Source: Paraglomus brasilianum (lineage: Eukaryota). Taken from it: 64,000 nucleotides of DNA. This document shows positions 26,315-38,915 of the stretch, in pieces. Under the pieces are notes generated by a model. The model saw nothing but the letters and a program-made list of their open reading frames with translations, did not search any database and was not told the DNA's origin. Positions within the stretch are counted from its first letter, which is position 1. Every line of letters begins with the position of its first letter. Made by a program: the position numbers and the translations under genes. Where the stretch lies: positions 1 to 64,000 of the forward strand of contig CAJVPI010000046.1 in NCBI GenBank assembly GCA_910592345.1. The letters run 5' to 3'.

Positions 26315-27410
26315 ATAATCAAAGAGATTTTTCGGTTAAAATTTTACAGTAAAGTGCATCATTCATAAATATCTGTGACATTCTTATTACTTTTTGCGCG
26401 CACTGTGACAACAACTTTAAACTCTTCATTTGCGATAATAAGTCTTGGTATTGCTGCCTAACGTAATTAGTAATTCGTGACTGCTCCGCCGCTTATGACA
26501 ATAGAAAGCTGTTCTTAAGGCTCATCGGGTTTGTCTGGTTTGTCAGGACACTTACTATGTCAACCGTCTCTTGGTCAATAAGCTCATTATTGATTTTGAT
26601 ATATTGAATAGGTAATCAGTCAATTATTATCCGCGTTGGATTGATTGATAATATCCGAGTTTCTTCCAACCGTTTACGCGCATACAGCTCCCATAATGTT
26701 GTGATTTGCTTATTCAATGGACTGGGTCACAATCCACAACACTGGCTAAAGACACCCGTTCGTTTGAATCTCAGAGGATGACCGTCTCTGAATGGCAATT
26801 TGTATTTAATCTACTTTGCTGCGGTTGATATGCTGTATGCGTTGGTCTGCATATAAGAATTTCTAGAGTAATTTCCATGACCAAAGTTAAACAAGTTTCT
26901 AATAAGGCAGCTCTCAAAGTCAACCATAAGTCAATTGCAGACAGTCAACTATGCGTTTATAATAACGTAATGCTCTATTTCTTTGTAAAGTAATTTTGCT
27001 TTTCTCATTCGGCTTGTACACGATTAATGATGAGGACATATCAACATGTTTATGGTAACCATTTTACAAAGCACCAAGAACTACATATTAATTGATTCAC
27101 AATCTGTTAATTGTCACGGTAGAAATAAAGAATTTTTTCACGTAGGCTGCAGGAAAATGGTCAACGCATTTTCTTCCGAGGAATGAATTTAGTTGTCTGT
27201 TCGTGTCGATGATGCTTGTCTAAAAAAATTTCAAGCGCAACATCAGCACATTCTTGTAATACTGACTCGCCTTGTCTCAGCTTGTTATAATTTATTGTCA
27301 TCACAAAAAAGATACGAAGCGGAGTCCTGCATCCATGGTATTTCCATACGTATTCTATATTGCGATAAAGTATTTGTTAGAATATTCTTGCATCGCTTAA
27401 GAATAATACA

Positions 27411-27565
27411 CAGTGAACCTGGATATAACGAAGTGGTCCGTTCCAATCTTTTTCTTCGTTATATCCGGGCAGAAAATTCTATTAGACAAGGTTTTGGGAC
27501 ATCGAAAAAATTTTGTTATAGTCGAAATTCGTTTTATCCAGGTTTCGTTTTATCCAGGTTCACTG
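27411..27565. mobile_element. pogo/Tc1-superfamily MITE
   Basis: TIRs CAGTGAACCTGGATATAACGAA / TTCGTTTTATCCAGGTTCACTG; the inverted symmetry extends to 27406-27570; subterminal repeat CGTTTTATCCAGGT. Confidence 0.85.
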
Positions 27566-28099
27566 TGTATCGCTGTTATCCAGTTAATGTAGATACATAT
27601 AAAGTAAAAGTGAATGAACATGGTCCAGTAATAGTAGTCGACTTTGAATTCTTAATATTAACATGGTTTACAGAATGTGATTCATGTGCATCGAAATAAC
27701 ATTCATAAATCAATAGTACGTATTCATCTTGATGCTGCTAAGATGGTAAACGTGACACTAACCAATGAACATATTTCTACGTCCTCGGTCATTAACTGTA
27801 TATAAGCTTACCATGTGAACGAAAGAGAGTGACTATGTAACATATTACGTAATTACTGTTCTTATATCCATCCCACTTTTGAGTTAGACGAAAGGGGGGG
27901 GATATAAACGGGGGGTGACTGTATACATATTGTTATCTAAATATAAATTAAGCAAGCAAGGTATTGTAGTTAAGGGCAACTATTATAATAATGGGTTCAT
28001 TCTATGAAATTTTTGTGACGCGTACTGTAGATCTTTGTTTATAATCTGAAAAGTTGTCATTGTAAACAAATAGCTACCTCGTTTCCCCCATCAAAAGGC

Positions 28100-28540
28100 C
28101 AGTCTTCCAAAGACTAGAGTTTGGAGAATGCCTGGTACACGCAATAAGATCGAAAATTTTGTTCCTGCAATTAAACATGGTGGCGGATTTTCAGGAAAAA
28201 GTTTATAATAAATTTGATCGTTGGGGCTATGTTGATATATTGATACCATATATTCAACAAGATATCGCGCCCATTCATAGAGCCAAGGATGTTACCGATT
28301 GGATAAATCAAACAGTATTAAAATGTTTGGCCATCCTAATCGCTTAATCTTAATCCCATTGAACATTTATGGGTTAAATTAGACTGGCATTAAAGGCGGA
28401 ATGCGAACCCCGGAATGGGCATATCTAAATCTAATAACTTGCAGTACAAGCGTGGGATGGCCAACTAAATATTAAAGTATACCTTTAGCGTTCAATCGTA
28501 GGTGTAAACAAATAAAGAACGCAAAACTCCAACTAACATT
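28100..28540 (+). mobile_element. Degenerate Tc1/mariner transposase C-terminal relic
   Basis: YIQQDIAPIHRAKDVTDW, followed in another frame by WPS*SLNLNPIEHLW (DDE motifs). Confidence 0.75.
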
Positions 28541-29910
28541 AATAGATATGATTTGATGTATCAAACTTAAACTAAAAATTTATGCCTAAAATTTTAATTA
28601 CTTTAGGTTCTCACATTGTTATATTAATAGCTCCAGCTACACCAGCCTCATGCAGCACACGTGTTCAACATTATTATATTGATTTCTGGCAAGGAGAATT
28701 TCGTAAAAAGATTCTGTATTAACATCATGCTCGCCAAAACATGTGTTCCCGTTGCCACACTGCATACAATTATAACATTGGTTTGTCTTTTGTGATCGAA
28801 CCGCATATTGCATGTATGCATTACGATAGCGCCTTTCAATGGTTGTAATTTTATCTATAGTTACGAAATTTGCCTTTTCAGTCTAATACTAATTATAATC
28901 ATACCTATTACAAAGATGTAAATGCCACGTTTTCAGTTTCTTATACAGTATTATGTGCAACATGTATATTCTTTCCTTATTGGTATGCCTTGTTATTATT
29001 ATCGGCTGCATTGCTGTTGTTACGGTTGGACACTGTAATCTGAACAAAGCAGTAACGTAGAGTTTAGTTACCTTTTCAGCAATATTACATTTATAACGAG
29101 CTTCCAGTTAGCGAACAACTTATGTCAATTAATGTTATACGCTTGTCTGGTCTAAGACTCTGCATGAGCCTCGATGTCATACATAATATTAACATTAATA
29201 ATCGTAAGTGGTAGTAATTAATTCCATATTAATCGGGTAAGTTTTGTGTTGATGTTGATCAGTTAACAAACAAATAATATCGTTTCCGAATAAGTTTACT
29301 GGACGTTGAAAGGGTTCTAAAAGCAAATTGAATGATCTGCTTTGCTGGTCGATCATATTCAGTATAATGTTATTATAAATATTTATACCCGGATTAATAA
29401 AATTAGTTATGAGAACGTACCAATGGGGGAAATGATCGGAACAACCAAAAGATGTTTATGATCGAAGGTATGCGAAAACACACAAAGGTTAGCCACAAAG
29501 CGATTTGAAATTAGGTGCTCGGTATACCGATAATAATGTCAAGAGAAAAAAGCAACCTCACCAATATGCATTTTGGAAAGCGACAACACCAAGCAAAATC
29601 AAACTAATTGAAACGAAACAAGCGAAACAAGCGAAAGAAACGAAAGAAACGAGACAAACGCTATTTCTATCCAACATTGTACAAATGTCCGCGACGCTTT
29701 ATGAAACATATTAAAACTGCGCCACTCAAACCCTGAATTTGTTTCCATATTTATCGTCACCGTCCCACTCACATGACTATCGAACATGGTCAATGTCTGT
29801 TCTTCAACGACATCAACAACATTGTTTTGATTTCACACCTTGTTTGTACTTTATATTTATTACCACTGTTATACTTTCACTCTTTAACGTTATAACTCCT
29901 ACCGTCAGCT

Positions 29911-32471
29911 ATGGATTATATCAACTGGCTCAGCAATGACTGGAAGGCACTAGAGAGCAGCGTCAGAGACAGACGCGCGGATAATACTACCACCAAACCT
30001 ACCACTATCAACACCAAGTCTCTCTCGACTCGACAACCAGACAGCAAATTAGAGCGCAACTCTCATAATTCTCAAACTGCGCGCCTAGCTAAGGCTCGAG
30101 TCGTGAGAAAACCTGCCTCACCCACTTACGCAGAGCGACAAAGTGGAACACGCTCAGAAAACAGAGTGGTAAAAAAGTTGACGGTGGAGAAAGAGGAAGA
30201 GAAGAGCGTCACGGAGACTATTATTCCCCCGGCGCCCTCAAAACCTACTATAGAGTCTCTCCAGTACAAAATATTGGATCAGAAGCACACAAAAGGACTC
30301 CGTAGTGGTGGCGAGAGCGATAGTGAGAGTACCGTGAGTGACGAAGTCCCGAAAAAGAGTGAAAGCATTTCTCATCGTAATCAACTAGACATTCTCCCAA
30401 ATGGAACGTCTCGATCAAGGAATCACCCAACTCCTCCAAGAAGCGTAGAAGTGGGGACCGAAGAAGAAGATAACAATGAGTGCGAGGTTGACTTATCCAG
30501 GAACGATCAAATAAAGGAGAATCAAGATAATGGCCATGTAAAGAAGTTGAAGATGTATTCTTCAAAAAGTAAAAAGCGCGAGGGTGTATCACAAGCTAAT
30601 CGTTATAGATCGACCCTGATCAACGGACTTATTGATGAGGACTCATCGCGTGATTCAAATAGCGATAATCAATTAAAAAACAAAGGTTTAGAGAAGAAGA
30701 TTAACAAACTGAAAAAACCGAAGGGAAAGATAATGAGTCCGTCTACTTCGTCTTCAACTTCTCTCGATGACGACGTTTCATCATCTTCTTCCGTTGTACC
30801 ACTGCGAAAGCGCAACAAGCGAAACTCTCCAACTAGAGAAAGGCACAAGAAACCTCGAATAGAATCTAAGAAGGATCTCATTGTTATTCCCATTGGCGAC
30901 GGTATAACGTTCAAGAATTGCAGCGAGGCAGTATGGGCGATGAGGGATGACTATGTACCTTGTAAGCTTCGTGCGAGAGGAATATTATGTGTTAGAAGGA
31001 TTATACTTGGATGGTAGTATATAATTATGAATATATTTACGATGCGTGTTAGGGGAAACTCTGGGTACAGGTTGTCAAGATGGTACTTCGCCGAATCAGT
31101 CAGATGACAAGTCTGGTAGTAGACATCGGTTTGTCGAAGTTTCTTTAGAGTATCCTGCGAATGGTGTCCAGGAAATGTAAGTTGGAAACATCTCATAGAA
31201 TGTCTCAATTGATTTGTGTCAACATGCATGTTAACCACATTTCCACTCGTAGTTTCTGGATCGCAGATCCGCGAGACCCTGCAAATGCTTATGATCCAGC
31301 AGAAGATCTTCTTGATACTGTCCGTATTATAGCAGAGAAATATGTAAAAGACAAATCAGCGCGGGAAGAATATTTATGGTGTGACAAGGTGAATAGTCGA
31401 ACTCCTGTCTATAGGATAAGGAGAGCAAAAGGCCGACGGGATCCAGTTTTAATGGATGAAGCAGTTAGGGCATTTAATTCAGCTTTTAGGAAATTGAAGG
31501 ACGAAGGGAAAGTAGCAAGAACAAGAGGAGATAAAGATCTTTTGCGTCATGTATTGTTTCAAGCATATAGTAGAGTTGTATCGCCTGAAGTTGACATGCT
31601 CAAGGGGAAGCGTATGTTTACAAATTTATATGCACATGCCCTGATCCATTTAATTATAACAGCGGGGCTATTCTACTCAATTACTTACATTTTATTTATT
31701 TTTCGTTAATTCTTCTTATTGCATTCAGTCGCATCCGAGACGTATGGAGAAATTCTATTTCCATTCATTGATGATATTATAATACGAACGAATCTTAAGA
31801 AAAAACACAAGTTTATCGACTTGGGTTGTGGTGTTGGGAATGTCTTGCTACAAGTTGCTGGTGAGACTTGTGCAGACTCGTGGGGGATAGAACTACGACA
31901 TGAGTGTGTTATGCTGGCAAATGCACAACTTGCAGAATTTAAAGCTAGAATGAGGTATGCTATTGTTTATATATAAATTTTGTGATTACTCATTGCTGAG
32001 TACTGGATCGAAATAATCTTTTTGTTAGGGCATACGGACTGCCTCATGGAGATGTGACAATCGTAGAAGGAGATTTTACGAAATATCCCAATCTGAATGA
32101 ACGAATAAGAGAGGCCGACGTCGTATTTGTCAACAATTACAAATTTAGTCCTGAATTGAACGTCTGCCTGATTGATCACTTTTTAGATTTAAAGGATGGT
32201 GCTCAAATTGTCAGTTTAGTACCATTCACTGCCGGTAGGAAAGCCAATTACCAGCATCAGTCACTGGATTCTATAAGTAAAACAGTAAAAACTCCGTATT
32301 CTTCGTTCTGGATAAGTTGGGGAGGAGCAGATGCCTTTTACTACAGTAAGTATATGTTGCTAAAATGACCGGTATACTTTTATGAGCTGGTGTGATTAGC
32401 TAATATTTGACTATTTTGACCCCCCCCCCCCAGTAACGACCATCAAGAGAGACAGTAGTATGCATTCATAA
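29911..32471 (+). CDS. DOT1: Histone H3K79 methyltransferase Dot1, multi-exon
   Basis: ETYGEILFPFI, FIDLGCGVGNVLLQVA, WGIEL, ADVVFVNNYKF and LKDGAQIVSL motifs; long basic/low-complexity N-terminus. Confidence 0.9.
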
Positions 32472-32903
32472 ATTAATAAAGGTTGTGGAGCCACACTATT
32501 TAAATCTGAAGATTATGAGTCAAGTGGTTAAACATAGTGAATAATAACGTAGAACTTAATAGCTGGGGTTATGTATACGTTTATTGCTATTTTTAGTTTA
32601 ATAAGTAAATAGAAGATTAATAGATTCAATCATAATAAAGGTATGCTAAGGCGGTTTACAATGTATCGATCATCACACGATGTATTTTACTGGTCATTTA
32701 TTATCTCGTTGGCATTCCTCTAGATTTTAAAACAGCCTTTATCGAGGCATGCTATCTACCAGCTTTGCTCGAACAATGGAGCCAGTTTGCGAAGAATCTA
32801 GGTTCGCTATGAATGCTAATAAATAATCTTGAAGAAGTTTGCTAATATACTCTCTTCCAGTAACACTTCGAAGGTCCCGACCTTTCCAAACATTACAATT
32901 TTT

Positions 32904-32905
32904 AA

Positions 32906-32944
<39 letters not shown>

Positions 32945-32945
32945 A
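32904..32945. repeat. (TAAA)n microsatellite
   Basis: About 10 copies; could be the tail of a non-LTR retroelement. Confidence 0.85.
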
Positions 32946-33220
32946 GATCTATTTAATACGTCCCGAACTATCTACTCGTCTTCGCCGTGAGGACGGTGTA
33001 TGCTATTTGTTAAAAATTGTCAACTAAAATGAATGCCCTGCCGATAAGTGTCTGGCCAGCCCTCAATTCATTCCATTGCAGTACTTCTACCTCCAATCCT
33101 AAAGATCGGACGCGGGTTCTAATTACTATGATAGCAATCATTTCACCGTGTGTAGAGATAAGCGGTCGTTCCGATCTGCCAATGGAGAGTGCGGGAGGTT
33201 GGTTTAGGTTGAAAGTGTTT

Positions 33221-33633
33221 GTTGTTCGGCCAGTTGCTGTAGGTCGGCGCATTTTATGAGCTTTTTTGCCACTCATGTGTCACTACTCCTTCTTAAAAGA
33301 CGTTCGGCAATTTCGCAACGATTTGTTGCGAAATTTCTTACAAAGGACACGGAAGAAAGCGGTGATCATAATCAATATCCCGATTATGGATCCCTTTTCT
33401 TCCTCTTCAAACTCCCACGAGTTAAGGTTTGTTGTTCAACCAGTTGCTGTAGGTCGGCGCATCTTATGAGTGAGCTTTTTTTGCCACTCATGTGTCATTA
33501 CTCCTTCTTAAAAGACGTTCGACAATTTCGCAACGATTTGTTGCGAAATTTCTTACAAAGGACACGGAAGAAAGCGGTGATCATAATCAATATCCCGATT
33601 ATGGATCCCTTTTCTCCCTCTTCTTCAAACTCC
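33221..33633. repeat. Tandem duplication of a ~210-bp unit
   Basis: 33221-33416 is nearly identical to 33431-33633; each copy contains the palindrome AATTTCGCAAC-GATTT-GTTGCGAAATT. Confidence 0.9.
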
Positions 33634-34267
33634 TCCTTCTCCACTGTGCACCACTTCGTCCGAGAATTTTTGTGTTTTTTATGTAGCGAACTATAAACCG
33701 CTCCCAACCACATCACGACATTACTGCATAGAACTCTAGTAGAACATAAGAGAAGATGCCAAATCTATGAGGAATTTGACCCCCTTATGTGGTCAACTGT
33801 CTTTGATACCGTTCGCCCGTATCCTCTTGGACCGTTTGATCATCGTCGGCCGAATCGATGGATTCGAACCAGGTCAGGCGCACGTTATAACATTGTCCTT
33901 GTGAATCATCCCCGCGCCATAATACCTGAAGAGTAGGTATTAAACAATCAACATGATATTTCTCGCTTGGTCAAGTCTTTTGCAAAGGCATCCTCTTTCC
34001 TGAACGTTGTATATATTAGATAATGTGAAAAAAAAAAACCCCCAGGTGATCGACATCCAATGGCAAATAATGATGTGCGAACTGGCAGATGTACTTCAAA
34101 TTCTATTATTACAAATGTATAAATCGAGAAGATGACTACCTAACGAGATTAGCATTTTTCTATATTCTAATAGAATATTGCGTTTTAATTGTTAATCCAA
34201 TGATGAAAGAATCTAAAGAAGATAGTTATAATTTATGGTTAATTCACAAAGAACGAAAATTGTTTGA

Positions 34268-37200
34268 TCAAGCAAGAAGCTTACATACTTCTGTAACTAC
34301 TCCAACGGCAATCGTTTCACCAGCCTTTCGCAACATGACGCGACCGAGCTCCTTATTATCTTTGAAAGTCTCTAATGGAATGGACCTATCGGACAGTTTT
34401 ATTTCAACTCTGGCTGTAGTCTGCTTTGAGAGATGTCTTTGGTATTTAATTGGGAAAATTCATCAATAAATTAAAATGTAAATAAATAGACATCAGACAG
34501 GGCTAATCTATTTAAAAAGTCCTTGCTTACCGCGGGTTTTTCTTGACAATCCCGCCTGTGCTCTTATCAAGGGTTGCAAGTAATTTAGTAATCACTGCGG
34601 GTTCGTTCAAGCTCTGATGATGAATAATAACCTATATAAACCATGATATAAAAATAAGCACTACATATGATTTGTAAGTATTACAACGTGGCGAACAAAA
34701 AGAACTTACTGGAAATCCCTTTGTGATCGGTATCTTTATATCAAACACCACGATTTGTGCAATGAAGTTTGATGACACTGGCACAGGACTCGACGGAGAA
34801 CACAATATTGAACCAGTACTTCATGTTGAATAAAAATAACATGTTAGGAATGGACAACACAAAGTATTGTTGTAATCACAACGTCGTAACAAGTACTCGA
34901 TATGAGCGTTACCTGAGATTTATGATATCAAGACCAGTCAGGGTTGTCAGTATAGTGTCCCCAGCTGCAGCCCATTTCGCAGATTCACCGTTGACCTCGA
35001 TAGCTAAAAGGATCAAAAAGACCATGAATAAAGTTTCTAAGGACCAAATTAAGAAGAGATATGAAATTGGACCAGACGCTACCTTTCACAGTGCCAGTTT
35101 GTTCACCAGGTATTACCATGACTGTTTCTCCTACCTGGATAGTGCCCGCATCAACTCTGCCGGCTACAGAGATTCCTCCTCCACCTCCACTGCTACCTTT
35201 GAAGAAATCTGCAACACCCAATCGAAACGGTCTTTCCAAGAGCCTCACTGGAGGTTCCAATGCATCTATTCCGAGAAACAGATCACGTTATGAGCCTGAT
35301 CAATTATAACTCCAGCAGGTGTATAGCATACCAGAATGCTTTACTAACCAATCTGTTGTACAAGTGTTGTTCCATCGTACCATGTCATAATATCTGGTGA
35401 CTTCTTTAAAAGATTCTCCCCAGTCATACCGCTGCATGGCACAAATGTGACTTTATTTTTCTTGAATCCAGCTTGACTGAGAAAAGCACTGAGTTTTGTT
35501 TTAATTTCTTTAAATCTCTCCTCAGACCAATCAACCTACACAAATATAACATAATTTAAATAAAGCAAAAATTTGTACCTTTACAAGTGCGTGATTACAA
35601 GTACACTCACCATATCGAGTTTATTAATGGCGACAACAAGCTGCTGTACGCCCAGACTTCTTACAAGCAGGGTGTGTTCTTTAGTTTGACCATTGGCTTC
35701 AAAACCAGCCTCAAATTCGCCCGTAGTCGAATCGACTACAAGTATTGCAACATCTGCCTGATAGAAAGGGTGTCATGATAAGTCAATCACACAGTTTAGG
35801 AGAACAATAGGCGTATACCTGTGCGGCCCCAGAAATCATGTTGGGAATAAAATCTCGGTGACCGGGAACATCAAGCAAAGTAAATCGACGGCGTTCTGTT
35901 TCGAAACTGGTAACGGCAACGTCCATAGTGATACCTCTACAAATTCGTAGCATGTTTAATCATAGGCTGACTAACGAACCTATTGTCACATGGAATTATT
36001 AGTACCTGCTTCTCTCTTCCCCAGTCTCATCGAGAACCCATGCAAACGCGAAAGATGATTTGCCCAATTTTTGCGACTCGTGCTCATATTTTCTCATTGT
36101 TCTTTCTTTAACTTCACCCAAAAGATAAAGAAGGTGCCCCATAAGCGTGCTCTTCCCAGCATCAACATGGCCTAAAAACGTGGTCCAAATTTAACAAGAC
36201 AACAAGAAAACATACTTGTGGCCGATTGAATCATCCGAAACTCACCAACGACAACCAAGTTCAAAGAATCTTTTTCTGCCGTACGCTTTCGATACTCTTC
36301 AATTACATTAATTCTCTTCGACGGTTTCAGCGACTCCACAATTGGTGGCTTTGGCAGAGCAGCTGCTTCTTTTACTGAAGGCACACATTATCAATGAGTG
36401 GAAATAAATAATAGCAAGAAAAGCATAGCGAGTTTGAAAAACGCATACTTGCGGCAGCGTTGGCTTTTCCTTCTTCACGTGCCTCTATTGTTATATCGTC
36501 AAGATTAGGAGTATCTTCAATCACATTAATTCTCTTCGACGGTTTCAGCGACTCCACAGTTGGTGATTTTGGCAGAGTAGCTGCTTCTTTTACTGAAGGC
36601 ACATATTATCAATGAGTGGAAATAAATAACAGCAAGAAAAGCATAGCGAATTTGAAAAATGCGTACTTGCGGCAGCGTTGGTTTTTCCTTCTTCACGTGC
36701 CTCTATTAATTCATCGTCAGGACTAGGCGTATTAAAAGCAAAAGCTTTTCCGTTGCCACCTAACGAGAAAATGTCAATAGTAAGTGCTCCGCATTGTTGT
36801 GATTGAGAGTCTTCAAGGTCACCAAAGAGCGACAAGGCGAATACAGATGGCGGAGCTATCAGAGGATTCGAAAATGCTGGTATTGCAGATGGAAATGGTT
36901 GTACAAGCGCCGCGGGGGGGGTAGTCGGCTCCGGATGAAATTGAATCGATTCGCGGGCTGATTCGGAGAAGTTTGTTGATGGCGTCGTAGAAGCCAATTT
37001 ACCACGGGATTGCACTAGTGAGGTAGATTTCCCAGAGGCCAGAGAAAGTAAGGAAGGTTTACTTTGGCCAGCATCTGTCCGAACTATACGTGGCTTTCCG
37101 ATAGAAGTTACTTTCGGCTTTGGGTGTGTCAATCCAGGAGAATTTGTACTATTGAATGCACTTTTTCCAATCGCAACAGTAGTCGCCGATGTTTCCGCTG

Positions 37201-38753
37201 GTTGAGACAATGAGCTCTGTACCGATGATGATCCCTGTGCTTTTCTTTTTGCAATAAGGCTTGTCAATGAGGTTCTCGGGCCTGCTCGATCGATACTAGC
37301 TTGTGCTAAGCTCGCAAGGGACTGGCCTCTGTTCGAAGAATCGTTAGTACTCGAACGTAAAGAACGACGTGTTGATGTCGATGTATTGGTAGTACTCGAG
37401 TTAATAGCATTCGAATGAATACTTGAATCTCCGCGTGGTGATGACAAATTGCGTGATGAAGATAATTGAGCCCGAAGTTGTGCGAAACCTGACTGGGTTG
37501 ATCGTGAGTTATTGGTGTCTGCTCCGCCTAGTAATCCAGTTAATCGCAATCGTCCATCCGGAATTTTAGGAGGCAACAATTCATTCTTTCCACTGCAGCT
37601 CCACTTTATGTCGTACCACGACCAAAAGTCCTGAGGCACTAATATGCTTTGCGAAGCTGCTGTAGGCTTTTTAAAATAACTCTGAGTCGATAGCAAATCC
37701 AAAGTTTCGCCTAACGGAGATTAAGAAGTAAAAAAGAAAAGTGCACAATGATCAGTTACAAAACAAGCAAACGAGCTTGTAATATCTCATTTTGACAGAT
37801 ACTCCTAGAGCTCCAAAACTCATCGCCATAGATTGCGTCGATTCATTTGCATACATACGCTTCTCAACCATGGATATGGGACCGTTTTCACACTCCCTCT
37901 TATCAATCCTCATGACATCACAACTGAAGCTCTGCCATCCATTCGCTCAATATATATATACGAAGACAAAGACATAACCGCAAAATTCGCTTGTTTGCTT
38001 TGATAATTCAAATTTGCCTTGAGGAGGAAAAAAAATTATATAATAGTACCTATGTTTATTCGGGATGATTTTGATTGCGTCTGATCTACAGCAGGTTTTC
38101 TTTGTGGTGTTGGCGATTGCTTTGGTTTTTGATCTGGTGGTTTTTTTATTTTGGCTAAATCACACGTAAATTGACCGAGAAATCATATTAATCATCTGTT
38201 AAAGTAAAGCTTCTAATGGGTATCTAGCCAACATCTTGACACATACCTGATAAGCGACGTATTGTCTCGTCGATATCATAGTAGGTATCCCATAAAATGT
38301 CTTTGATCGCCTTATCAGTTATCCCAGGTGGAGCGCCTATCAATTCTTTTACTTTGCGCAAGTTTGATTCCAGTAAAACTATATAAAAGAGAACGACGGA
38401 TGAGCATGTACACACAACCAGCCTAGATATAGCACGAAATCATCGGAACCGGACGCTAATGTTTGAATTACCTTCATCATTTTGATCCGTGCCATCATCG
38501 TCCGAATATTCTAACATTTGCATAAAAAACCACATATGTTATTGAAACCTCAAGCGACATTCAGCAACCATAATTCCCGAGTATATATGCATATGCATAT
38601 ATGTACTCGGTTTTCACTCATACCACCAAGCCAGTCGTCGTAGATATCTACAATGAGATCTTTGATTAGTGCGAGTCTCTACCGTCTATTACACTGCATT
38701 TTTCCGTTCTCACCTTCTACGTTAAGGTTTCTAATGCTTCTGTGACGAGCCAT
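34268..38753 (-). CDS. HBS1: Hbs1/Ski7 translational GTPase, multi-exon
   Basis: Starts [16 protein letters not shown]1 N-terminal domain ([16 protein letters not shown]); G1 [33 protein letters not shown]-terminus [17 protein letters not shown]. The 3' end is approximate. Confidence 0.93.
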
Positions 38754-38915
38754 AATTTCCAACTGCGGAGAATGTTGTTACTTAGCTGCATCAGAATTTT
38801 CTCGAAATAGAGTACCAATGATCCGACAATTCGGTAATCAAAATTTTTTCAACTCAACAGATCGACTTCCTGTATTATTTTTTTCCCCTTTCTGATAATT
38901 TAAACTTGGAAGACA

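Noticed and set aside
27193..27699. 168-aa ORF
   Set aside because: Runs through a MITE, has a non-ATG start and shows no recognisable motif.
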